DNA from: Candidatus Zixiibacteriota bacterium
Lineage (GTDB): Bacteria; Zixibacteria; MSB-5A5; CAIYYT01
DNA length: 64,000 nucleotides
Direction of reading: 5' to 3'
Assembly: GCA_020853795.1 (NCBI GenBank)
Contig: JADYYF010000088.1
Span: 12,820 to 76,819 of the forward strand
Under the pieces are notes generated by a model. The model had not been told where the DNA came from. It did no database searches and was given only the letters and a program-made list of their open reading frames with translations. A program made the position numbers and the translations under genes. Shown in pieces: positions 37,323 through 46,700 of this stretch (position 1 is the stretch's first letter; every line of letters starts with the position of its first letter).

Positions 37323-37880
37323 CTACGCGCGCTCGAGATATTTGCCGGTACGCGTATCGATCTTGATCATGTCGCCTTCCTTGATGAACAGCGGCACGCG
37401 GACATCCAAACCGGTTTCGACCTTGGCGTTCTTGGTCACGTTCGAGACGGTATCACCCTTAACGGACGGCTCGACCTCGATCACCTTGAGGATGACCGAA
37501 GTGGGCATGTCGAGGTTGATCGGCCGGCCCTCGAAGTAGAGGATCGTGTATTCGGCATTCTCTTTGAGGTAGTCGGCGTAGCCCTCCAATTGTTCCTTGG
37601 TCAGGAAGAACTGGTCGTAAGTAGCGGCGTCCATGAAGTAGTACTCGTCGTCGCTGTGATACAGATACTGAGTTTTCTTGTGCTCGAAGTCGGGGATATT
37701 GAAATTTTCTCCGGAGGCGAAGGTGCGCTCCACGACCTGGCCGGTCTTGATATTTTTCAACTTGGTCCAAACGTTGGCGCGGCCGCGGCCGGTCTGCGAG
37801 CGCAGAAAGTCGATGATGTAATAGGGTTCTCCTTCGATGGCAATCTTCATACCGATTCGAAAATCGCTGGTTGAAATCAT
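37323..37880 (-). CDS. efp: elongation factor P (arginine-type loop)
   Basis: 185 aa. The EPY...TGRGRANV loop aligns Arg with Lys34 of E. coli EF-P. Confidence 0.9.
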   Translation of the reverse strand: MISTSDFRIGMKIAIEGEPYYIIDFLRSQTGRGRANVWTKLKNIKTGQVVERTFASGENFNIPDFEHKKTQYLYHSDDEYYFMDAATYDQFFLTKEQLEGYADYLKENAEYTILYFEGRPINLDMPTSVILKVIEVEPSVKGDTVSNVTKNAKVETGLDVRVPLFIKEGDMIKIDTRTGKYLERA

Positions 37881-38210
37881 TATTCCTCCGTTGGCGCCAA
37901 TCGGCGCGGTCGCAATCTAACAAAGAAAAATATAATACCTCACGTTGCCCGCCTGAGGCAAGCGAATAAGTGCCCGCGGCGGCATTCGCCAGTCCGTTGC
38001 CGGGCATCACCATCGCTCGAAATATGCCATCTTCCCTACCCGCGTACCTATCGGTTGAATCCCACAATCCACCGCAAAAGCGACCGTTTCAGAGTGCACC
38101 GATCCTGCTTAATCACAACAGGATCGCCAAGTTAGGGCGGCCCTAATTGTCGGCACGTCGATTGCGCCAATCAGCAGGCAAATCACCTGTTCTGGGGAGG
38201 TAACAAACCG

Positions 38211-40187
38211 ATGAAGGAGCAAAAGACGGCCCGAGGCCGGCTGCTGGCTGTTGGCGCGCTGTTGATCGCGACGGCGGCCCTTGTGGTCAGCTGCGGCATT
38301 GAAGCACCGAAGGCCCCCAGCTGGGATACCACGCTGACGGTGCCATTAATCAACCGCACATTCACGTCCGGCGAGCTGTTCGACAAACTCGCCAGTGCGA
38401 ATATCACCACCGACAGTCTCGGCAACAACATTTTCCAGGTAATGCAGCAGCTTGATACGGTGCGGCTGGAATCGATTCTGGAGGTCGATCCGATCGCGGA
38501 CGACTACGCCAAAGCTGTCGGTTCAATCAGAATGGCGCAACCGGCGGATTTGACGCAAAGTATCAACCTGGCCGATCACATGTCGCTTGTCCTCGGCGAG
38601 GTCCCGGATACCGGCATGGCGGTCGCCACCGAGTTTGGTCCGGCAGACTCCTTCACGGAGGCGGTTGTTGACCAGGGGACACTATCAATCACGGCGACCA
38701 ACAACACTGGATTTGACCTGGACTCGCTGACCGGCGAACTGCGTCATCCGGTGAGTCATGCACTGATCGCTCGATTCGTGGCGCCGGGGGGGTTGGCGGA
38801 TAACGCCAGCCACACTCAGCAGTTTTCGCTGGACGAGCAGGCGCTCGCGGCGGACGCGGATTTTGACGTCTATTTTCACACGCCGGGCGGTCCGGCGCTG
38901 TCGCTGGCCGATCGCGCGATCGATTTTCGGCTGCAATTCGGCAATGAGATCTATGTCAGGTCGATTACCGGCGCCGTGGCGGAATTCGAGACGGAGCTTG
39001 ATCAACGGATCGGGCTCGACGAGTCAGTAGAGATTCACTCGGCACGGTTAGCCGGCGGGCAATTGCACTTTGTGGCGGTCAACAATCTGCCTTTGGGCGC
39101 GCAGTTGACGGTGACGGTTCCCGAGCTGACCACTGGCGGGCAGCCACTGCAATTCACGATCAATCCGGCGGCGCATTCACAGCAACAATACCAGCTCGAT
39201 TTGGCGGGCTGGACGTTGATTCCGGTTGACGATTCACTGCAGGCCAGAATCGAAGCGCAGATTCCCAGCAGCAACGGCGGTTACGTTTCGATCGACGAGA
39301 ACGATCGTTTCGATATCCACTTCAGTGTCGACGCCATCGAGATCGCGCAAGCAACCGGCATCGTACCACCGACGCAAGTCGAGTGGGACGCTACCGACGT
39401 AGGCATTGAAGTGCCGACGGGTTTTGAGACGGCGTCGCTCGAACTGGTCGAACTCGTCATCACCATTGCCAATCGGAGCGAGCTTTCCGGCGATATCGAA
39501 CTTGCGTTGAACGCCTCCAACGGCAAGTCGCTGACGGTGAACGGTACAATCGCTTCGGGAAGTACGCAGAGCGCCGCCGTCAGCGAGATCTATTCCGACC
39601 AAGTGGCTGATCTGCTCTCGCCGCTCCCGGACCAGATTCGCGTGGCGGGCATCACGCTCCTGGGCGACGGCGTTACCACGGTTGATTTCTCCGCTGCTGA
39701 CTATATCACCGCAACGGCGCGGTTGACGGCGCCGATGGCGTTCAGCCTGACGGCGGCGACGGTCGATGGCGACCTTAACGAACTGAAGGTCGACGAAGAG
39801 ATTTCTGATCGGGCCGACCGGCTACACAGCGGCCACTTCCAAGGCACGATCACGAATCATCTGCCGTTGGGGGCTACGATAGAAATCCACATCGCCGCCA
39901 ATCCGGACGACGTTCTGGCGCAGCCGCAGGTCGTGATCGGGCCACTGGAGTTTACGATGGCGCCGGTGGACGGCAACGGTCTGGTGACCCAGGCGTTGAG
40001 CAGTGACAATGACATCGAATTGACGCAGGAGGATCTGGGGGTTTTTGCCAACCGCACGCTTTATGTCGCTCCGGTGCTCGTCATTGCCGGAACGAACGGT
40101 CAGGTCGTGCGCATCCGCGCCAACGACTACCTCACGATATCAGGAACTCTGGAGATCCAGGCGCGCGTCGGCGGGGAGGATTTTTAA
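38211..40187 (+). CDS. large lipoprotein, function unknown
   Basis: Lipobox LVVSCG. 658 aa, rich in beta-strands. It ends 1 nt before the next ORF, suggesting translational coupling. Confidence 0.5.
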   Translation: MKEQKTARGRLLAVGALLIATAALVVSCGIEAPKAPSWDTTLTVPLINRTFTSGELFDKLASANITTDSLGNNIFQVMQQLDTVRLESILEVDPIADDYAKAVGSIRMAQPADLTQSINLADHMSLVLGEVPDTGMAVATEFGPADSFTEAVVDQGTLSITATNNTGFDLDSLTGELRHPVSHALIARFVAPGGLADNASHTQQFSLDEQALAADADFDVYFHTPGGPALSLADRAIDFRLQFGNEIYVRSITGAVAEFETELDQRIGLDESVEIHSARLAGGQLHFVAVNNLPLGAQLTVTVPELTTGGQPLQFTINPAAHSQQQYQLDLAGWTLIPVDDSLQARIEAQIPSSNGGYVSIDENDRFDIHFSVDAIEIAQATGIVPPTQVEWDATDVGIEVPTGFETASLELVELVITIANRSELSGDIELALNASNGKSLTVNGTIASGSTQSAAVSEIYSDQVADLLSPLPDQIRVAGITLLGDGVTTVDFSAADYITATARLTAPMAFSLTAATVDGDLNELKVDEEISDRADRLHSGHFQGTITNHLPLGATIEIHIAANPDDVLAQPQVVIGPLEFTMAPVDGNGLVTQALSSDNDIELTQEDLGVFANRTLYVAPVLVIAGTNGQVVRIRANDYLTISGTLEIQARVGGEDF

Positions 40188-41491
40188 TGAAACGAAACAA
40201 AATCAAAGCGATTGCGGTCGCAGCGAAACGCTCGCTCTCAGCGACCGAGCTGGGGTTGCTGGTGTTGTCGGCCATCGTGCTGGCGCTGATCCTCAGCCTG
40301 AGCGCCCGCGGTCAATCGACACGCAGCGCACGGTCGCTGGGAATGGCGGATAGCTATTTTCTGTTGTCGGCCAACAGTGACGGCGCCCTGCTGAATCCGG
40401 CCAACCTGGCATTGGCGCGCGAAAAGACGCGTTCCTTGAAGCTGATTTCGGTGGCCGGGTATGCGGCGAACAACGCGTTTTCGCTGTCGGACTACAAGAA
40501 GTACAACGGCGAATACCTTGATGAGAGCGACAAGCGCGACATTCTGAACAAGATCCCAACCGAGGGACTGCTGTTTGATGCAGCCGCCACAGCCGGAACG
40601 ATGTCGTTCTCTGTCGGGACGCTGGCGATCAATGCCGAAGTCATCGGCGGCGGCCGCGGTAACCTCTCGAAAGATCCGATCGAGTTAGCCCTGATGGGCA
40701 ACAAGATCGGTCAAGTGGTGACGGTTGCCGGCTCAGACGGCGAGTCCTGGGCAGCGGCTTCGATCGGGCTATCGTACGCGCGGCCGGCCGGCCGGATTTT
40801 TGGACGCGACTTTGCCGTGGGCGGTACGCTCAAGTATTTGCAAGGGCTGGGCTACTTCGCCGCGACAGAACTGACCGCGCAGGCGGTGACGCTGGCGAGC
40901 GGCATCGACGGCGAGGGCGGTCTCAAGACGATCAGTTCCACCGGCGGCAGCGGCTATGCCTTCGATCTGGGCTTCGCGGCGCAGGGAGCTTTTGCACAGT
41001 ACGGCATTGCCGTGCGCAACATGATCGGCCGGATGAACTGGACGAAGGAAGTCGAGCACACCGAGTACACATTTCACATCGATAACATGACCATCGACAA
41101 CGCTGACGACGACACGATTGTCGTGAGCGACGAGGTCAAATCGTCGTTGGTCTCCTACACCACCCGACCGCCAGTCGAAGTAGAGGTCGGTGCGGCGCGG
41201 CATTTCGGCAAAATCCTGACGGCCGTTAGCCTGCGGCAGGGCTTTACCGACGCCGTCTTCATTTCGAAGACTCCGCGCCTGGCGGCGGGATGCGAGTATC
41301 CGCTGGCCGGCCTGTTGGAGCTGCGCACCGGCATGGCGTTTGGTGGGGTGGATGACTTCTCACTGGGGCTCGGGCTGGGTTTGAATTTCGGTCCGGTCAA
41401 TATGGACTTGGCTTACGCGTCCTCGGCGAAACTGCAGCCGTGGGACGGCAATGGCGCCAAGCTGGCATTCTCGACAATACTTGAGTTTTAG
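40187..41491 (+). CDS. outer-membrane beta-barrel protein (PorP/SprF-like N-terminal motif?)
   Basis: Signal peptide and a C-terminal aromatic residue (..STILEF). Alternating amphipathic strands. The N-terminal SYFLLSANSDGALLNPANLA resembles the PorP/SprF motif SQYMFN..NPAYAG. Confidence 0.45.
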   Translation: MKRNKIKAIAVAAKRSLSATELGLLVLSAIVLALILSLSARGQSTRSARSLGMADSYFLLSANSDGALLNPANLALAREKTRSLKLISVAGYAANNAFSLSDYKKYNGEYLDESDKRDILNKIPTEGLLFDAAATAGTMSFSVGTLAINAEVIGGGRGNLSKDPIELALMGNKIGQVVTVAGSDGESWAAASIGLSYARPAGRIFGRDFAVGGTLKYLQGLGYFAATELTAQAVTLASGIDGEGGLKTISSTGGSGYAFDLGFAAQGAFAQYGIAVRNMIGRMNWTKEVEHTEYTFHIDNMTIDNADDDTIVVSDEVKSSLVSYTTRPPVEVEVGAARHFGKILTAVSLRQGFTDAVFISKTPRLAAGCEYPLAGLLELRTGMAFGGVDDFSLGLGLGLNFGPVNMDLAYASSAKLQPWDGNGAKLAFSTILEF

Positions 41492-41505
41492 CTAAGGAGG
41501 ATCCC

Positions 41506-43233
41506 GTGAAAATCCGTAAATCGATGCTTCTGATGCTCGGCCTGTTGCTGATCGGCGCGCTGATCGCCTCCGGTGTCGACGCCATGCCGCCGCACCCCAG
41601 CTTGCTGGAGAGCCAGGATCGTGACGGACGGCCGGAGTTGTCGCCGTTGCACAGAGTGTGTCCGCAGCCGACTCCCCTGGCCGGATCGCCGGACGGGCGT
41701 GGTTTCGGCGCCCCGCTGCGGTTCGGCGGTGCAGCCCCAACAGCGACCGGCAATATTCTGTGCATCCTAATCGAGTTTTCGGACAAGGCGGCGCAGGCTA
41801 CTGCGGTCTCGTTCGACAGCCTGATCTTCGGTAGTTATCAAGGCACAGTGAAGCACTATTACAATGAAGTCTCGTATGGCTCGTTCGACGTGGTGACCGT
41901 CAATTATCCGTCGACGATCGACTGGCAGACGGCACCGCAAACGTACGCTTACTACTGCAACGGCAATAACGGCCTCGGTTCCTATCCGCAGAACACGCAG
42001 AAGCTGTTCGAAGATGTGATCGATCTGGTTGATCCCGTTGTCAATTTCGCCAACTACGATAACAATGGGGACGGTTACGTTGATGCCGTGATGCTGGTGC
42101 ATACCGGCCCCGGCGCGGAACTGACCGGCAGCGATTTTGATATTTGGTCGCATGCCTGGGGCATCACCCCGAAATCGAAGGACGGCAAATGGCTGTCGCG
42201 CTACGCGATAATGCCGGAGTATTGGACGACTGTCGGCGACATGACTTGCGGCGTCTTTGCACACGAAATGGGTCATGCCTATTTTGAGTACCCTGACTTG
42301 TATGACATCGATTACACGTCGCGCGGCGTCGGCCGCTGGTCGCTGATGGCGGGCGGCTCGTGGAACGGCACACTCGGCAATTCGCCGGCGCATCTGGACG
42401 CCTGGTGCCGACTGCAGGCCGGCTTCACGACGGCCACCAACGTGCTGGCCAACCAGATCAACCAATCGATCCCGAATGTCGAGCAGAACGCCTCCGGCGC
42501 TATTTTCCGGCTCTGGACCAACGGCACGGTCGGGAATCAGTATTTCCTCGTGGAGAATCGGCAGAAACTCGGTTACGACGCACAACTGCCGGGCGCGGGG
42601 CTGTTGATCTGGCATATTGACGATGGCGTAAATCCGGGTGACAACAGCGACAACTCCGACGAGTGGTATCCGGGGCACACCAGTTCCGGGCATCTCCGCG
42701 TAGCGATCGAACAGGCGGACGGGCTCTTCGAACTTGAGAAGAACCTCGACAACGGTGATGCCGGCGATCCCTTCCCGGGAACTACGAATAACACGGCGTT
42801 CACCAGTCTGGCGACCCCCAATTCCAACGACTATTTGGGTCTCGGGACGCTGGTCTCGGTGACCAACATCTCGGCATCGGCCGCGACGATGAGCGCCGAT
42901 CTGGCGGTGAGCTTGATCGCCGATGTCGATGACTATGCCTACGACGGCGTATTGCCGGATGAGTATGCGCTCGACCAGAATTGGCCGAATCCGTTCAATC
43001 CCGTCACCAAGATCTCATTTGATTTGCCGAAGACCGGCGCAGTGACGCTGGCGGTCTACAATCTGCTGGGTGAAAAGATTGAGACGTTAGTGGACTGCGT
43101 GCTGCCGGCGGGCAAGCACTCGTTTAGTTGGCGGGCCGATCAGAACGGGCGCGACCTGGCTTCAGGTGTGTACTTCTACAAGTTAAATACCGAAGGCGCT
43201 TCGTTAAGCCGCAAGATGCTGCTGCTGAAGTAA
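41506..43233 (+). CDS. secreted M6 (InhA-like) zinc metalloprotease with a T9SS C-terminal sorting domain
   Basis: Signal peptide, VFAHEMGHAY (HExxH), and M6-like regions (YYNEVSYGSFDV, GDGYVDAVMLVHTG). The C-terminal type-A T9SS domain is NWPNPFNPVTKISFDLP...GVYFYKL. Confidence 0.75.
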   Translation: MKIRKSMLLMLGLLLIGALIASGVDAMPPHPSLLESQDRDGRPELSPLHRVCPQPTPLAGSPDGRGFGAPLRFGGAAPTATGNILCILIEFSDKAAQATAVSFDSLIFGSYQGTVKHYYNEVSYGSFDVVTVNYPSTIDWQTAPQTYAYYCNGNNGLGSYPQNTQKLFEDVIDLVDPVVNFANYDNNGDGYVDAVMLVHTGPGAELTGSDFDIWSHAWGITPKSKDGKWLSRYAIMPEYWTTVGDMTCGVFAHEMGHAYFEYPDLYDIDYTSRGVGRWSLMAGGSWNGTLGNSPAHLDAWCRLQAGFTTATNVLANQINQSIPNVEQNASGAIFRLWTNGTVGNQYFLVENRQKLGYDAQLPGAGLLIWHIDDGVNPGDNSDNSDEWYPGHTSSGHLRVAIEQADGLFELEKNLDNGDAGDPFPGTTNNTAFTSLATPNSNDYLGLGTLVSVTNISASAATMSADLAVSLIADVDDYAYDGVLPDEYALDQNWPNPFNPVTKISFDLPKTGAVTLAVYNLLGEKIETLVDCVLPAGKHSFSWRADQNGRDLASGVYFYKLNTEGASLSRKMLLLK

Positions 43234-43252
43234 CAGCGCGGAAACAGTGCTG

Positions 43253-43281
43253 GGGGACTCGGCTGCTCCTTCCGAGTCCCC
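43253..43281. terminator. bidirectional terminator hairpin between convergent genes
   Basis: GGGGACTCGG/CCGAGTCCCC 10-bp stem with a 9-nt loop. On the minus strand it is followed by TGTTTCC. It overlaps the stop codon of the zinc-ribbon gene. Confidence 0.45.
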
Positions 43282-43568
43282 TACATTGGCGTGAGAGGTT
43301 CACCGCCACCCGGACCGATGGAGCCGTTCCCGATATCGCCAATCGGAGGAAGATCGGGATCGAAGTCGGGTGGAAAGCCGCCGTTGGACTTCCCATTACC
43401 GCCATTTCCCCGGCCCTTCCGCTTGTACTCGGCGTAACAAGTCCGGCATCGTTTCGGGTCTTCGGTAAAACCCTTCTCGGCGAAATATTCTTGAGCGCTC
43501 TCGGTAAAGGCGAATTCCTCTTTGCAGTCGACGCAAATCAGGATTTTCACCCGATAATGTTTGTCCAT
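43281..43568 (-). CDS. zinc-ribbon protein (zf-trcl-like) with a Gly/Asn/Pro-rich tail
   Basis: CVDC...C..C with the pattern YRVKILICVDCKEEFAFTESAQEYFAEKGF..PKRCRTC. The C-terminus is low-complexity (GNGGNGKSNGG). Confidence 0.5.
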   Translation of the reverse strand: MDKHYRVKILICVDCKEEFAFTESAQEYFAEKGFTEDPKRCRTCYAEYKRKGRGNGGNGKSNGGFPPDFDPDLPPIGDIGNGSIGPGGGEPLTPM

Positions 43569-43798
43569 AAATCCCCCCGTCCCGGATTATGGATTGTTAG
43601 TTACTACACGAAGTAGCTGCTCGATTCCATCCTCACTAATGGCGCGCATCCATGCGCAGTCAATGATTGCCCAAGGGGTATTTCGCCATACCCGCTCGAT
43701 TATATCTCAGTCCACGATTTGAAAGTCAACTAAAATTTCTGCAACGGCTTACGGAAATGCCGCAACAACACTCCCGGCGGTCGCAGCCGCCGCTGCGA

Positions 43799-46700
43799 CT
43801 ACTGCAGCTTGAGCATTTTGCGAATTTCGGAGTAGCTGCCCGCCTCGAGCCGGTAGAAGTAGACACCACTCGATACCGAACGCCCGAACTGATCGGTGCC
43901 ATCCCAGGTGACGCTGCGGAATCCGGCCTCCTCGTAGCTGTCGACGAGAATCCGGACGGTCTGGCCGAGGATATTGTGCACGGTCAGACGAACATTGCAG
44001 CCCTCCGGCAGCGCATAACTGATTTGCGTCTGCGGATTGAAGGGGTTCGGATAATTCTGCAGCAAGGTGAATTCGCGCGGCAGCACCGATTCTGCCGCCA
44101 GCGAACTGACGATCGCCAACATCCGATTGCCGCTCTCGCTGCCGGAGAGCGCTGCGAGCGCCGGTCGCAATTGGCGGAAGCCCTCGGCGTACTGCCGGAA
44201 GTCCACGGCATCGGTCAAGGTCGGCGCAATCAACTGGTGCGACGAACTCCAATTCTGCGCGATGGTCAAGAGATCGGCGATGTCGATTGCGCCGTCACCG
44301 TCGGCGTCGGCATAGGTTGCCCGCGGGTCAGCCCATTCTTGCGCCTGTTTGGGCGCCCAGCCGTTGCCTTCACCGTAGAGATTGCGCGCCGGGCCTTCCT
44401 GTCCGAAGAAGACACCCAGCGGCAGAACGTCGGCTTCGTTGACGTTTCCGTCATTATTGCAGTCCCCCGGATAAACTGCCGGTCCTGTGACAAAGCGGAA
44501 GACGTAGTCGTCCACGGGCGAGCCTTCGGCGAGATTGTTGTTGTTGCCATCGAGCGAATTGCCGGACTGATCGCGCACAGTGCCCAACAGGCGCACGATA
44601 ATGGTATCATACGGCGGCAGTTTCGCCGCCGGCACCAGCCGCAGGCGGGTGTTATCGTTCAACACCGTGAAGGTCCCGGTAATCTGCTGCTGAGCGAGCC
44701 GGGCGCGCACATCGATGCGTCCGGCATCGAGGGTCGAATCGGCGAGGGGCTCGTTGAGATCAATCAGGATATCGCTGCCGATCAGCACGTGATCGGCCTC
44801 AGCGGCCGGCACGGTCGCGACCACTTTCGGCGGTTTCTGTTCGGGAATCGCCTGTGCCGCCAGAGAGACATAGAGTGTTTCGGCTACCGGGTCGTTCGAG
44901 ACGATCCGCAGAGTCCCCTGCGCCGGTCCGATCGCGGTGGGATCAAACCGTACCGGGATCTTGAAGACGCCGCCGGGCTGAATCGCCGTGCTGGCAGTGG
45001 CCAGGGGCGTAAACTGCGGTTCATCACTGAGCACATTCGAAACGGTGAAGCTCAGGAGCGGGTCCTGGGGGAACTGCAAGCGATTGTTGACATACACGGT
45101 GTCGATGTCGGTCTCATCCTCCTGAACAAGGCCGAAATCGAGAACCGCCGGAGTCACTGCGGCAATCGACAACGGATTGGAATAGAACTGCAGTCTGATC
45201 GTATCGCGCGGCGCATTACGGGCGGAAACGGCGACGACCTGAAGATCATAAGCACCTTTGGCCAGGTCGTTCGACATGGTCACGGTCGCCGTGAAGCTCT
45301 GATTGGCGAGGACTTGGGAAGAACTCAATTGTACCGTTGCCGTTCCCCGCCGCGGCGTTTGCAGAACTGACGCGTTGAGATTGATGCCATATTCATACGG
45401 GCCAAACAAGGTATCGACGTTAATTGTGAAGCGGCGCTGCAACGGCGCAGTAAGGGAGTCGACCGCAAGGAGGCGCAGATCAAAGCCGGTCGCGCGAATA
45501 TAGTCGAGGCGAATGTCGCGATCACCGGTACCGCATTCGTTGGAGGCCACGAGGTCGACCTGGTAGATTCCCGGCCGTAAATAAGTGTAGGTCGGCGATT
45601 GCTGGGTCGAGGTGCCGCCATCGCCAAACGCCCATTCCCAGCCGGTAGCCGGATAGTCGGAACTGCCGGTGAAATTGACTTGCAGCGGCGCCGAGCCGGT
45701 GAGGGGTGTGCCGGAAACAGCTGCAGCCGGCGCATCGATCACGTTGATCGCGAGCAGCATCGTGTCCTCGCCACAACCGTTGGCGGCAATCAAGCGCACG
45801 TTGTTGGCGCCAACGATATTGAACTGATGGGAGGGATTGGCCGTGGTGGAAGTACCACCGTCGGAGAATTGCCAGGCGAAGGTCAGGTCGGCTCCAAGCG
45901 ACGTGCTGCTGAAGTTTACGGTCGTACCGACACAGATGGTGGTGTCGCTTGCCGTGAATGCGGCCTGCGGCGCCGCCAGTACCGTGATCGGCCGTGTGAT
46001 CGTCACGGTATCTGTCTCGCACATGAACGTGGCACTGATCGTCAGGTCACCGGCGATCAGGAACGTTTTCGGAGACATGATCTCATCCCAGACATAGAAC
46101 GTGTCGACGTCCCCATCGCCAAAATTCCAGATCGAAGTTTGCCAGTAGGCGTTGTAGGCGGGAGTAAAGTCGACCAATTCGCCGACGCAGGGCGTCAGCG
46201 GCAACCAGGTGAAGTCCTCGACCGCCAGCTTGCAGTTTTCGTACGGGCCGATGTCGTTGGCGGCACCGACGAAGCGGGAGCTGCCCGCGAAGTCGTTAAA
46301 GTGCGCCCAGTAGGGCAAATTGCGGCCGGCATCAATGAGCGGCGAATTCGAAGACAGGCGAAAATCGCCGCCGGCGAGATTGACGAAAAGCGGATTCACA
46401 CCCTCTAAATTGCCCGCGCCTTGCGCACAGTTGATCTGCGGGAAATCAATAGGGATATTCTGATAAAAGGCGTTGTTGAAGACGAAGCTGGTGTCGCCGT
46501 TGAAGCAATTCGTGGCCGTGCCGTAATTCTCGACAAAGATGTTGTTATAAATCAGCGCCTGAGCGAAAAGCTCGCGATAGATCGCGCCGCCGCCGTCAGC
46601 GGTGGCAATAAGACTACTGTCGCGATAGAACAAATTATTGAAGAGATTGGCGTTCGTGTAATCGGACAGGAACACGGCCCCGCCGTGCCCCTGCACGGCG

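Noticed and set aside
40187-41491. Calling the 434-aa barrel PorV/LptO
   Set aside because: Only the short N-terminal NPA-type motif could be matched, and that points to PorP/SprF. The length fits neither family cleanly. It was left as a hypothesis in the findings.
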